Origin: Eledone cirrhosa
Taxonomy: Eukaryota
NCBI GenBank assembly: GCA_964016885.1
Contig: OZ024744.1
Coordinates: 83,452,001-83,516,000, forward strand
Length of the DNA stretch: 64,000 nucleotides
Direction of reading: 5' to 3'
Both the position numbers and the translations under genes were made by a program. How positions within the stretch are numbered: the stretch's first letter is position 1; each line of letters begins with the position of its first letter. The notes beneath the pieces were generated by a model. It was not told the origin of the DNA. It worked only from the letters and a program-made list of their open reading frames with translations, and made no database searches. Positions 42,081-55,896 of this stretch are shown here, piece after piece.

Positions 42081-43105
42081 TATTCATTTATATACATACA
42101 TATCCCACGTTTCATTGATTAACGAAATGCCACAAAACCTATGTGAGATATGCTGAAACGTAACAAAGAAATTATGAAGGACAATCAGCTGACATGATAT
42201 TTCATATGAACAAACTGATGACACTGACGCAAATTACTCTTCCTCTCATTCACCTCTACATCAGCTAAAAACTCAGTATTATCTGTGCCCAGTGTAAATT
42301 ACTACCACGCTCTAACCACCTTGTCTTCAATATATAAACCAATCACTATTCCAAATACGCCCGTGTAGTTCGCATGCTGCATTAATGGTCATAAGATCGT
42401 GCTTTCGATTCCGAGACAGAGTGATACGCTTATTTTTGCTGCCCTTATTGATTCCGCTGAAAATGAGTACTATCGACATGTTGAGGTGGAGAAATGCGAC
42501 GGGATTGCATCTCATCCCATCACTTAATGCCTACAGAATCTGGATTTGGGTCTTCGCCCATTCTAGTGCTAGCGTCAAAAAAACAATGTAAAATTCTAAC
42601 TCTAATTTTAATAAAAATGTATCATGTTTACCTTCTTCAACACAATACTCTTAAGTTTTCTCAAATTCCTGAACATAAAACTGAAAAAAAGCGTGGGCTT
42701 TTTATTATTGCTTCGTCATTATATCAGTCATGGTTAGGTTGTTAAAAGGTTTGCACTATAATAATAAGGCTCCGAGTTCATTCTCACTCTGAGGGCATTT
42801 GGGAAAGCATCTTTGCCATAGCTTCGGCTCGATCTAAGTTTTATTTATGAAAGTTTTGGTAGACAGTGCAGAAGCCCGTCAGATGGATTGTACCTGTAAT
42901 TCAAACGTCTCGCCTTGACACTTACTGTGTTAAGCTCATTCGGAATAGTAATTAACTTAAAGGTATACATGTGTAATACTCAACCACAACATGAGTTGGA
43001 CGTTCAGTTGATCGAACAATTGAATTAATATCGCCGAAACCAACAGGAGAATTCTCATCGTTATATCACAAACCTTGAGAGCTTTGCCGACACCTTTATA
43101 TATAT

Positions 43106-43715
43106 ACTAACCGAATTACCCACGCCTTGCTGCGTCTCACACATTTCTTTTGTAAGAAAATGATGATTGATTTTAAATCAGAGATATAATTTATGGAGAA
43201 AAAATAAAGGGAAAATGTTAAAAAAGTAGCGGCATTAACTAATAATTTTTGTTGTCTTAATTCTAGTGATGTTTTGAAATAGATAAAATGTCTAAATTAG
43301 CCAAATTTTACTATAAAAGAGATGTGCTTTTTTGTTGATTTACGTTTAATTAATAGAAAAACCCCGTGATAATAGACGTTCCAATATACAAGTTATGGGC
43401 TTCCAAAACTTTCATAATAGGGGGTTTAACCCCCATTAGGGTGTCTTAATATTATTGAAATTCGCTGAAATGTTGTGAATAGGCATCATATCTTGTCATT
43501 TACCTATAGTTTAAATTTCATATAAATCGAAGGGAAAAAACTTTCAGCGGGGGCAAGCGGGGTTTTGTGCCCCCCGGGGAACCAACCCTTTGATTAAAAT
43601 GAAGTCCCCTGGGCAATGTCGTTTCAGAATATATATGGTTATGAGGGTCTAGCTCCAAAACCATAGCAGTAGTTCGTGAACAAAGAAACAGACAGGAACT
43701 ACAACTTTATATATA
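43106..43715 (-). mobile_element. Helitron/HINE-like element
   Basis: On the minus strand it begins TATATATAAAGTTGTAG..CTGTCTGTTTCTTTGTTC and ends CGCAGCAAGGCGTGGGTAATTCGGTTAG|T. Confidence 0.5.
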
Positions 43716-43717
43716 TG

Positions 43718-43783
<66 letters not shown>

Positions 43784-44180
43784 AATATATATACATTTTG
43801 AGTATGTTTTGGTTGTTTGACTTACGCTTATTATTCCATATATATATATATATATTCCACCCGTCCTTTCAACAAGCAGGATGGAAGAAAAATTATTCAA
43901 ACATTCGATTTTGATTTTGATTTTGATTTTAATTTTAAACCTTTCATTTTTTACTCCTATCAACTCTTTTTAATTTTTCACACTCTACATTTGACAAGAT
44001 GGATTTTAATACATCGAAACCGGTAATTTCTTCATATACTCTATATACTTCATAAAATGTTTTTTAAAAAAGAATAGTCCCCCTTTTTTTAATAACATTA
44101 TCTTTTCAATAATGTCACTTTGACGAACTTCATCTTTTCTCTATATCCAGTGTTTTGTATAGAATCCTTACTTCCCTTTT

Positions 44181-44221
<41 letters not shown>

Positions 44222-44243
44222 GTATATATATATATATATAGTT

Positions 44244-44353
44244 TTAATATAGATGTGATTCTACAGGACTAGAACTGTTTCATTCTTTAGAAATCATCGA
44301 TGATTTCTAAAGAATGAAACAGTTCTAGTCCTGTAGAATCTCATCTATATTAA
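44244..44353. repeat. 110-bp spacerless palindrome
   Basis: 55-bp arms centred on CATC|GATG (44298/44299), with one mismatch. Confidence 0.92.
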
Positions 44354-44427
44354 TCTTTTATACTCTGCTATATATTGAGTACCTTACTTACTGTGGCTAC
44401 CTCCGATTCAACACCCGGAATAACTTA

Positions 44428-44535
<108 letters not shown>

Positions 44536-45389
44536 GACTGGTCCCTTTGTATTTTACTATTTTGATTCTGCCTTTTATGTATAACTGAAATCAAGAAACA
44601 TGCTAAATGTAACGGGCTTCGATAAATGCGTTCGCGTTATTTTGAAGTAATACAGATTCTTTTTTATTTCTATGTTCACCATTTATAATTTCAACAATTC
44701 TATTTATAATTTACTTCATCAATTTAGTGATGAGTAAAATATGATTGAACGGTAAATAAGTCTTTCGATTTTTGTAAACAGGCTCTTTGCACAGACTTTA
44801 ATAGTGAACATGAAAGGAAAATGATATAAAAAAAAACGTGAGAGGTGGGACATGTTTTTTTAATTCCTTCAACAGCATTTGTTATTTTAAAATGTTATTG
44901 GAATCTTCATTGCTTTAAAGCTTATTCAATTAGTACCGTCTTAATCGATCGTCAATCGTGCTGTCGTTCTTTGAAGCTATTGTTCTTGATGACTTGAACA
45001 ATTACCATTTTACTTGCTTTTCCAAATGGTGCAGAAGCTTAGAAGTTTTCAATATTCAACAAACTAAATCTTGCGATCCTCTTCATTAGTGTCACTGTCT
45101 AATTGAACTCTCAATCATATTTCAGAATGCACGAACTTTCTATTATTCTTTTATTCTTTTATACTTTTATTCTTGTATTCCTTTATTCCGTGGCGGTCAT
45201 GTTGAGGTACTGCTGGAAAAAGGATTTAGTAAATATATAGTCTAAAACTGTTTCGTTTTCAAAACCGATAACTATTATATCGATCTAATTTGTTTTTATC
45301 GAACTGCTAACCGCTAAGTTACATGATATATACAAACAGTAAACACAAACACGGACAAAGTCTCACACACACACACATACAGACAGATA

Positions 45390-45422
<33 letters not shown>

Positions 45423-45441
45423 TATATATATGCATGTATAC

Positions 45442-45477
<36 letters not shown>

Positions 45478-46164
45478 TTATTTAAATAACAGATTAAAGT
45501 TTAAGCAAAGAATCGCTGCTTTCACCCTTAACGTTATTTTAATAAATATTTGCTCTATATATATATATATACATATATACATTTCTATTTATGTGCGTAT
45601 ATATCTATGTATATATATGTGTGTATGTATGCGTATGACAGGCTTCCACATAGTCCCATTAACCAAATTTCACACAGAAGGCATTAGTCGATTGAAGATT
45701 ATTAGAATACTATATGTCAAGGTGTCACAAAGTAAGACTGAACCCGGAACCTCATGGTATCGAAGCGATCTCCATAACTGTACAGCTATGATTGCGCCTA
45801 CATTTGCATTATTTTATTAATATCTACAAAAAACGTATGGTCATACGTCATTCTATTGTTTCGCCCAAATAAATCAGAGGAGCTTATCAATATCCTGCAG
45901 GAGTACCTACGTAATACCTCCAAATCGTATAACCACGTGCCACTCGAAGAAAACAAAGTCATTTAGGATATATATGTGCATATCTTGTTCAGAACTCCAT
46001 TGTATGCATGCAGATACAGACACACGCACAAACACATCATGTATGTGGCGGGTGGTGGTGGTGGTGGGGGGGTGAGACAGCTCACATCTATGCAAGGTTA
46101 GCTGGCCTCCTCCAAGGTAAATTTCGTAGGAGGTGTCTTGGGTAATGATAGGGACCCCAGTCCT

Positions 46165-46315
46165 ATCAACTCATTTCTACGGCTGAGTAAACCGGAGCAA
46201 CGTTAAATAAAGTGTCTTGCTCAAGGAAACAACACATCACCCGATCCGAGAATTGAACTCACAACCTTTCGATTGCAAGCCAAAAGCTCTAACCAATGAG
46301 CCATGCGCTTTCACA
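46165..46315 (-). mobile_element. tRNA-derived CORE-like SINE (family B)
   Basis: TGGCTCATTGGTTAGAGC...GAGTTCAATTC...CCTTGAGCAAGACACTTTATTT. Related + strand copies are at about 37120-37265 and 37728-37880. Confidence 0.7.
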
Positions 46316-46349
46316 AACACGTCATGTATACATGATATATGAAGATATG

Positions 46350-46932
46350 GATGTATCATCAGCCTGATAGCTCTGCGGATGGCTGTTGTTGTTTCGTCAC
46401 TGAAGTGTGGGAGCTTCAGGAAGCAGGTGTTAGTGCCTCGGGTGTGGTATCCTCTGTTGTTTCTGGCACGGTGGACTTTGGGTATCCGTTCAGTTTAAGT
46501 ACTTCCAGGAAATATGTGGTGTGTGTGTCCCTGTCTCTTGCGTCGGTGCATTTGTTCTGGAAACGTGTTAATTCGTTCTTTATGTATCCGAACTTAGCGT
46601 TGACTGGGAGGGTTGATCTGAAATGTACAGGTCCCTGCTGGCGATTCTTTTTATAGAAGCAGGTGTGGATGTTGTCTTCCACTGTTACCCTGAGTTGGAA
46701 GTCCAATAGAGATAGGGATCCGCGGTCATCGGGGTGTTCCATGCTGAACTTTATATTGGCGTCCATGCTGGAGAATGTCATGTATATTTTATCCGCTTTT
46801 TCACGGGATGATGTATGAATGAGTATGCCATCTACATACATAGGAATGGCAGGTGTTGAGGGATCGGCATTCCAGCTGGTTCATATAAATGATGGCCAGT
46901 AGGCCCGATAGGCTGGATCTCATGGGTAATTC
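46350..46932 (-). pseudogene. Penelope-like reverse transcriptase fragment
   Basis: Reads LPMRSSLSGLLAIIYMNQLE, then after a frameshift YVDGILI...IKFSMEH...LSLLDF...FYKK...VHFRSTLP...LKLNGYP. These are degenerate PLE motifs (PMGS.LS, YVDD, FT.E, LxFLD, YRK, NGYP). Confidence 0.8.
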
Positions 46933-47453
46933 TATATCCATACCTGCATTGTTCTGGCCTTCTAACTCCAAACGTTTATATATGATCCGCGCATATCATT
47001 ATTTTATATATATATAATATACAAATATGATTACATATTGCTGCTTTACTATAAAACTGTGTAAATTATGTCGAATGGTTTTTTTTTTCTTCATTCAGTA
47101 TTTGGCAATATTAATTTATGCACGTTTCACTACATTAGTAATTGTAAAGACGAGTCTTCTAACATCTATAACGCCAAATTAACAGATCACGGATATGTTC
47201 GCGTTATCTATTTTTCTATGGAATATTATCTGCGTTGTGTAGTATTTCACAGGTTTTATATTATTTTTTGAAAATATTGTCTCAAAAATGTTCAGTATGC
47301 TCATATCAGTTTCTTTTAGATATTGTTAGTCTTTTAAAGAAATGTTACACACGCAAGCGTTTATCTATATGTAGGGTATGAACATCGAAGGCTTTTAGCA
47401 ATGTGTATGATATGATGATAGATTTACTCAATGGATGTGCCTGTTGTTATTGC

Positions 47454-47491
<38 letters not shown>

Positions 47492-47859
47492 GTTGTGTGT
47501 GTTTGTGTGTATGTGTTTCACTACTTTGATGTTTTAAATATCATTTTGTGTTGTGTTCCTTACGTTAAGGGGTTAGTTCACCTGTGGGTATAGTTTCAAT
47601 GAACTTCCAAGCTTGGAATTTGCTGAGTTTACTTTATCTTTTGTGTATTTTCCATTCTCACCTGTTTCAGAAGTTGGTCGTGTTATGGGAAATACACTAT
47701 TTACAATGATGGTGATTTCAAACTTTTTCTTGTGTCTTCTGCACTGTCTAATTCGGTTATCTTGACTATATTTAGAGAGTTTCTTGAAGTGTATGAAGCC
47801 TCCATAGAATTCATGTCTCCTCACCATTATTAGATCTGGGATAATTTCTAGATCTGTGG

Positions 47860-48052
47860 GTGGTGGATTGGCAGTATCGGTAGAGGGTCTGACGCCATGC
47901 TTCGCAGCATAGAGTTACGGCCCTTTACGTTAATATTTCAAATCCCGCCGAGATTAACTTTGACTTTCATTCTTACGGAGGTCGATAGAAAAAAGTACCA
48001 GTAATACACTGGGATGATTGCTGGCCATGTGCCAATAGTAGAAACAATTATT
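47860..48052 (+). mobile_element. Family-A SINE
   Basis: Full-length match to 17733-17925. Confidence 0.8.
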
Positions 48053-48359
48053 AGATCTACAATTAATTATGTATAAATTTGCATATATTGACGTAGGAAA
48101 GCTCTGACGAATTAAGTACTTTCTTTAGATGTGAGTGTGCTAATTCCAGGCATGCTCGAAGACAGGATAAATATAGAATGCGCCCAGCGTTTGAGTAGCT
48201 GAGATATAAAATGGAAATTAGTTCTGTTAGACGATAATCTCTCTATCCTCCTCACAGAATCTAAATATTACACTATTAATCAAACAAATCATACAAACTT
48301 GAATACATGACTGGATATTTGTGCGTATTTCATAAGAAATATTAAAGTATGTATGTATG

Positions 48360-48393
<34 letters not shown>

Positions 48394-48436
48394 TGTATGT
48401 ATGTATGTATGTATGTATGTATGTATATATGTATGT

Positions 48437-48849
48437 CCAGGAGAGATGACCTCTTAGCCTTTGTCAAGGCAGAATTCTAGGAGAAGGAAAACTCTGATAT
48501 AACACCTGCAACCCTGATGGTATCCAATGATGTTGACTTGTTCTTCTTTTTGGTAAATATCATCTTGGTTAAGAGAGTGGGACTGGCTTTGTGCAGTGCC
48601 TTTGCTCACTATAAAAGCTTCACGGCACAGGCATTGCTTTACATCTGGAGATCTCTCTGCACTTGTCGTCACATGGTACCATGGGCCCAGCACTATGTGT
48701 CAATAATTGTCACAAGTGTAGTGTTTGAAACAGAGTTTTCAAGTCGCTGGCTGGACTAAAAAGTCACACTCGTTCAGCGCATCGGTAGGGGTTCTCCTAC
48801 ATGGATATAAAGTAGTGGCCGTACTCGAAAACGAGTTGGCAGCCACCAT
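48437..48849 (+). mobile_element. Truncated copy of the RTE-related non-autonomous element
   Basis: Reverse complement of about 8922-9335, ending GGCAGCCACC(ATGT)n. Confidence 0.8.
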
Positions 48850-48882
48850 GTATGTATGTATGAATGTATCCATGTATGTATG

Positions 48883-49085
48883 TTCTTCTGGTTTTATAAT
48901 TTCACAAAGTTTTACCAATAAAGAGAGAGTCGGTTTCTAACATAGATACAAGACTCTCTCTCATTGGAATTTACACAACACCAACTAGGTAGATTATGTA
49001 TGTATGTCTGCATGCATGTGTGTGTGCAGGTATCGATGTTATTGTATGTGTGGATGTGTATGTTTTGAGTTGTATGTGCGCATGT
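48883..49085 (-). mobile_element. R4-like family B 3' UTR only
   Basis: Near copy of 49980-50170, embedded in (TATG)n. Confidence 0.75.
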
Positions 49086-49259
49086 GCGTATGTATGTATG
49101 TATGTATGTATGTATGTATGTATGTATGTATGTATGTATGTATGTATGTATGTATGCATGTATGTATGCATATATGTAAGTACGTACGCATGCATGCAAG
49201 TATGTATGTATGAATGTATGTATGTATTTATGTATGTATGCATGTATCAATGAATGTAT

Positions 49260-49855
49260 GTTTTCTCTTTCTCTTAATTTCGAGTATATTTTTTTGACCG
49301 GCCACCTTCCTGGTGGCAAGGTTGTAAAAGAAAAGAAATTGTCATCCCTTGAATCGCAAGAATGTTTTGCATATTTTGAAGGTGCCAGCTATCGCAGCCA
49401 TTTGTAGACTATGAATTAGGGAGCTGCGCTTTTTGTCCGCAAATCCAAGTTCGGTCATACTTTGGTCCAAGCGGGTTGGTATATAACCCGTAGCACCAAT
49501 AATGATGGGTATGAAGCTAAAGGTGTATCTTGGATACTGGATTTGTAAGCTCCTCATCAATGGTCCGTAGATGTCCTCCTTCTCCTGTATTTTTCTGACA
49601 ACGTTTACATCAAGTGGGCAGCTGATCTCCACAACAGAACACGTTTTCAATGTGTGGTCCCAAACTACAATATCAGGCCGGTTGTGCATTAATTTGGTGG
49701 CAGTTTTTATTTTCAGGTTCCACCAGTATTCCTTAGTGCCATCTGTCTCAATATATTCTTCCTCGTTTGTTGTTAATTTTGTTTTACGAAGTGCGTTCCA
49801 GATAGTTCTAGCTATCCCATCGTGTCTCATGGGGAGGTAGTAGCGAGATGACATT
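49260..49855 (-). mobile_element. R4-like RLE LINE, family C, 3' fragment inserted in (CATA)n
   Basis: Reads YYLPMRHDGIA...YWWNLKIKT...HNRPDIVVWD...VEISCPLD...IIIGATG. It is flanked by (TATG)n. Confidence 0.85.
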
Positions 49856-49979
49856 CTATGTATGTATATATGCATGTATGTATGTATGTATGTATGTATG
49901 TATGTATGTATGTATGTATGTATGTATGTATGTATGTATGTATGTATGAATGAATGTATGTATGTATGTATGAATGTAA

Positions 49980-51178
49980 GTTCTTTTGGTTTTATAATTT
50001 AACAAAATCTTACCAATAGAGAGAGAGAGTCGGTCTCTAACATAGACACAAAACTCTCTCATTGGAATTTACACAACATCAACTAGGTAGATATGTATGT
50101 ATGCATGCATGTGTAGATATGGATGTTATTGTATGTGTGGATGTGGATGTTTTGAGTTGTATGTGTGCATGTGTATAGGCTTTGCATCTGTACATGTGTA
50201 TATGCAGTTATTAGATGCAACATTTTTGGAATGTTTTAGATATTTCTACTGTTCCATTAATGGATTGTACTTGTAGTTTCCTAACTAGTTGTGTTCTTTC
50301 TATTCCTGTGAAGCCTACCTTCTCAAGATTTGTATTGAGGCAGTTACTAACATATCCCAGTGCCCCAATAATCACAGGCATAAATCTGAAGGTGTAATCA
50401 GGGTGGAGTATCTGCAGCTTTCTCATCAGTTCTGCATAAATATTCTCCTTTTCGCAAATCTTTGATATTATATTGGTATCTGCTGGGCAGCTAATTTCCA
50501 TTACTGTGCATGCTTTCTTCTCCCTGTTCCATATCATAATATCTGGTCTGTTATGCCTGCATTTTATTGGGGTTTTTACTGGAACATTCCACCAGTACTC
50601 TTTCATAGTATGTACATGGATGTGTTTCACATTGCTGTAGCTTTTAATGTGTTTAATATCGTGGCTATCTTTTTTACGAACTGCATTGTACAGTGTTTTG
50701 GCCACTACCTCATAGGTAGATAGTACCGCGATGACATCTTTGGACACCTGCTGATGACATGGGTGATATCCTCGATATTAGTTCCTTAGAGTCTGCACTC
50801 GTTATCACATCTAGGTGTTTTGCGTGCATCCCTATCTCTTTTGTGAATCAGTTATTTCGTGTTACTCTGCTGTTCTTGGATTGCAAAAGCGTATCCTTAA
50901 AAGTGGGAGCCAATATAGCGGTTGTTGGTCCAAGATAGACTACTTTCCTTATCTATATTACTCTCATTCTGGAGCTTCCTGGGAACATATCCACGTATGA
51001 TTTTTTGCTGATAAGCATGCAGTTTTTCATCTATGGATTCACTGCGATACTGCTGAGCATCATTCCTGGGTGTGAGTTTTTGATTATCACACGGAATATC
51101 TCTTGAGGAGTTCCCTCCCAACTCTCATGATCTTATCTGTTTCATGCAGATAGACTTGCTCGAGAAACGGGCTCCTAC
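49980..51178 (-). mobile_element. R4-like RLE LINE, family B, 3' fragment inserted in (CATA)n
   Basis: ORF 50211-50747 reads YWWNVPVKT...HNRPDIMIWNREKKACTVMEISCPAD...VIIGALG, followed by a 3' UTR. Both ends abut (TATG)n. Confidence 0.85.
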
Positions 51179-51269
51179 GTATGTATGTATGTATGTATGT
51201 ATGTATGTATGTATGTATGTATGTATGTATGTATGTATGTATGTATGTATGAATGTATGTAGGTATATA

Positions 51270-51398
51270 GTGTTTGTACCAGAGTTTTAAAGTCGCTGGC
51301 TGGACTAAAATGTCACACTCGTTCAGCGCATCGGTAGGGGTTCTCCTACATGGATATAAAGTAGTGGCCGTACTCGAAAACGAGTTGGCAGCCACCAT
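51270..51398 (+). mobile_element. 3' stub of the RTE-related non-autonomous element
   Basis: Same terminal ~130 bp followed by (ATGT)n. Confidence 0.8.
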
Positions 51399-51909
51399 GT
51401 ATGTATGTATGTATGTATGTATGTATGTATGTATGTATGTATGTATGTATGTATGTATGTATGTATATTGTGGCTAGCGGTAACTGCACCAATCAACAAA
51501 TGAAAGGTTGTCACATTCTTTCGTTTGCTCGTTCTACCTCGCATGTAGACCTTGTCCCAGGCTCCGCATCGGACATAATTGCAGAGGGGTTTCTCCACAA
51601 GATAGCGACGGAGAAGTGCCACAAGAGCAGATCGAACTCGTTGGCGTCGGCAAGTCACATTCTTACTATAAATTATTGCATAATATAACTATATTTCGTG
51701 GGTCCATCTGCTTGAGAGTATGTATAGTTAAAGGATTACGTTTTTCCATTCAAATAATCATTCACGTTTTCAATATACATAAATCTTTGAACGTTGTTGT
51801 TGTCCTTTTTTCTGTTGTGTCGTGTCAGTTTACATTATTTTGTTTTAACTATTGACATACTAAACACTTGCACAAGCGCGCGCTCACGCACACACATAAA
51901 CATATATAA

Positions 51910-51972
<63 letters not shown>

Positions 51973-52045
51973 TACATATATACATAAGTATATATGTATG
52001 TATAGATATATATATATATATTTATATATATATATACATACACAT

Positions 52046-52093
<48 letters not shown>

Positions 52094-52373
52094 AAAGAGA
52101 AAGAGCGAAAGATATATCAAGATAAATATATATCTGATATAATTTACAAAAACAATTTTAAAATCAATAATGTAAGAAAAGACGTGTAAAATCGAATGCT
52201 CTAATATTGATTTCTAACATAAACACAAGGCCGGATTTTTTTTCTTTGTTTAGTTGTTTGTTAGCTTTGGGGAAAGGGGATATAATTGATTAAATTAACG
52301 CCAGTACTTTACTGGATGATGAAAGTTAATGTCAAAATGGTGGGATTTGAACTGGGAAAGTTAAGCGGTGGGT

Positions 52374-53185
52374 TAGACTGTAACATTTAGAATGTAGTGT
52401 TTAGAATTTCATGTTTAGAAAGGAACCTTTAGAATGTAACGATTAGAATATGACGTTTACATCATAATGTCGGGAATGTATCATCTAGACTGTAAAATTT
52501 AGAATGTAGTGTTTAGAAGGTAATGGTTAAAATACAAATATATAACGTTTAGATTATAACGTTTAGATTATAACGCCTGGAATGTATCATATAGACTGTA
52601 ACATTTAGAATGTAGTGTTTAGAATTTCATGTTTAGAAAGGAACATTTAGAATGTAACGATTATAATGTAACGTTTAGAACATAACGTCTGGAATGTATG
52701 ATTTATAATGTAATGTTTAAATTGAAAGGTTTAGAATGTAACGTTTAGAATGTAATGGTTACAATGTAACGTTTAGAATATAACGTCTGGTGTGTAGGAT
52801 TTAGAATGTAGTGTTTAGAATGGAACCTTTAGAATGTAACCTTTAGAAAGTAACGTTTAGAATATAACATTTAGAAAATCACGTCTGGAATGTTGGTTGT
52901 AGAATGTTGTGTTTAGAATGAAATGTTTAGAATGTAACGTTTCGAATATAACGATTATAATATAACGTTTAGAACATAACGTCGGGAATGTGTGATTCAG
53001 AATGTAGTGTTTAGAATGGAACGTTTCGAAAATGACGTTTTAAATATAACTTTTAGGATACTTAGAATAAAGCATTTACAATGTAGCGTTTACAATATAA
53101 CGTTTAGAATATAACGTTTAGAATGTAACAGTTATAGTGTAAAACTTAGACTGTAACGTTTGGAATTTAACGTTTAGAATATAAT
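52374..53185 (+). repeat. 14-bp minisatellite, consensus TTTAGAATRTAACG, with higher-order duplication
   Basis: Dozens of degenerate units. A ~55-bp block recurs at 52374 and 52592. Confidence 0.9.
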
Positions 53186-53238
53186 GATTATTGACTGCAG
53201 AATCGGACACTGAATTTGTCGCTTCTCACTTTTACCAG

Positions 53239-53518
53239 GTATGGTTCCAGAACAGACGTGCGAAATTTAGAAAAATGGAACGCGCAAAACAGCAACAGCA
53301 ACAACAGCAACAACAGAGTCAACAACAACAGCAGCAACCACCTCAACAGAATCAACAGCAATCCCAGCAGAGTCAGCAGCAGCAACAGCAGCAGCAACAA
53401 CAAAATACCAACAACACCAACAGCAACAATGGGGTGAAAAGAGACATGAGTTCGCCGAACAACACCACTAACCACAGCAGTAATAAAGACAAAGCTAAAG
53501 CACTCGATGATGGAACCG
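53239..53518 (+). CDS. Phox2: Phox2 next exon: homeodomain helix 3 (Q50) plus poly-Q/N region
   Basis: The acceptor cttctcacttttaccAG ends at 53238. The exon reads VWFQNRRAKFRKMERAKQQQQ...NTNNTNSNNGVKRDMSSPNN...DDGT, in frame with the previous exon. A strong donor GTGAGT at 53519 gives a phase-1 end; if unspliced, the frame stops at TAG 53530-53532. Confidence 0.93.
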
Positions 53519-53760
53519 GTGAGTATATTTAGAGTTTGACCTTCTGGACAAACCCTAGTTGAAGTGAAGGTGCACCACACAAAACATGCACGCACGCACA
53601 CACACACACACACACACACACCCACACGCACACACACCCCACATACACACCCATCCACCCCACACACAAGAAAGCACGCACACACGCACATATAAGCATA
53701 TTACATTTATTAACACAGTATAAATATACATACACAAATACATATATATCTATATAAATA

Positions 53761-53880
<120 letters not shown>

Positions 53881-54076
53881 GATGTACTTAATAGAATCAG
53901 TAAGATAGCCTCAGTTCTACAAGGATATATATACGCATTTATTGAACATATATTTAGGACAATATTTGACAGATTATAACCCATTTTACATTGCAAAAGC
54001 AATCCAGTTGTGGTGAAACCGCTTTGTGCAGTGAAACGCCATGTCAAACGTCAGGTATTCTTTTAAATAACACACA

Positions 54077-54131
<55 letters not shown>

Positions 54132-54166
54132 ACACACACACACACACAAACACACACATATATATG

Positions 54167-54213
<47 letters not shown>

Positions 54214-54283
54214 ATGTATATATCTATGTACATCTCTATATATATCTATATCTATATCTATATCTATATCTATATCTATCTAT

Positions 54284-54387
<104 letters not shown>

Positions 54388-55780
54388 ATGTATTTATATT
54401 CTAATAACGTGGCTATGGTATTTAACAATAATGTGTTATGGCTAAGCATCAGCAAAAGCTTAATGGACATTTTATTTAGTGGGATATGGTGGTCTTATTA
54501 TAAGAATATGAATACATCTACTTTGGTTTAGTTTTTAAAGTGTGCATCATTAAATTGTAAGTGTTTATAGATTATTACGTGTTTGTGGTTCCAATAATTA
54601 CACAGAATCGTGCATAAAAACGTTTTCGTCTCATATAGCCACATATGGTGAGTATACTTTTGTTTAGTTAAGACTACTTTTGTTGTTGAGGATAGCTGTG
54701 GGTAAAAAGACAATAGCAGGGAAAAATACATAAGGCATTTATGGAAACACTTTTAAGTCAAAGAATATACAGTGAGGTAACGGCTGGAATACCTTTAGTT
54801 ATAGGTCTATTCGAGCAAGACTGACCCGGGACTAAACAACAACAATAACAATGACAATGAAACGCACACTTATGAAGTCATCGCACCAATAGTTATTTTA
54901 TCAACATCTTATCACTAAGCAGTAATATTTACTATAATCCTTCTACCTACCACAATGCAAAGTTATTTCAAAATTTCTAACTATAAATAACCTTCTTCAC
55001 TGTTATCTCACACTCACTACTTGCTATAATTAATTTATCCAATTCTCCCCCCACCGATCCTAAGCGCATTCACGCACACAAGTATGTATATATATGTAAA
55101 TAGGAACATTATATTTTCTGAAATAACCGTTGATTTTTGACCTAGATATCTTGATGATAATGGCCAATAGTGAGTCGTTGATTTAAAACAAAGTGATATT
55201 TTCTTTCTCATATTCACGGGGAATTGTGGCGCTTTCGTTGGTTTGTTTATTTTTGATACCCCAGAAACCTCACCATCCTATTTGAAACCAGATTACTATG
55301 AATCTCTCAACGGTCTTACATTTGAGGTCTGCTATCGCTCTCTGGACAGTTTTCTGACTGAGAATTTTCACCCACACAATGTCCACTTCAACAGCCAAGT
55401 TTAACTTTCAACATATTCCCATTAGGTGATTCCCTATTCAATTGATCTTGCGATTCTAAAGCCGTAATATAATAATAAAATATGGAACATCAGCAACTCT
55501 ATGGGAAGACATTATATGGTACTCAATGCAACTTATTTCAAAAGCCATCACTAATTTTATTTATATTAATTTAGATAATGTGACAGAGGAGAATCAACAT
55601 ATCTATCCTAATTCGTCTAGAAACTTGCAGAACAAGTATATGTTTGCATTTCAATAACATAGAGTAACGTTGGTAAGGCTATTTCGTACTTCAATGGAAT
55701 AAGAAGCTACTTGATTTGTCAAATCTGAACGTTCCAGATATTAAAGCAACTAGAAATATCATAAAAAATCAGATTCACAG

Positions 55781-55896
55781 TATTATGTAATACGGTAATT
55801 GCCAATATAAATGTTACCAGCCCAGGAGTAATGAATGGCATTGGAGGGCCCAATGGTGGTATAATGCATTGTTGGAAAGCATGGAGTGTTGAGTGA
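55781..55896 (+). CDS. Possible terminal Phox2 exon (speculative)
   Basis: cacAG at 55780 opens a phase-1 compatible frame (V)LCNTVIANINVTSPGVMNGIGGPNGGIMHCWKAWSVE*, followed by AATAAA at 55945. The acceptor has no polypyrimidine tract and I recognise no homology. Confidence 0.2.

Noticed and set aside
47573-47827. 84-aa non-repetitive minus-strand ORF
   Set aside because: No recognisable motif or convincing splice context.
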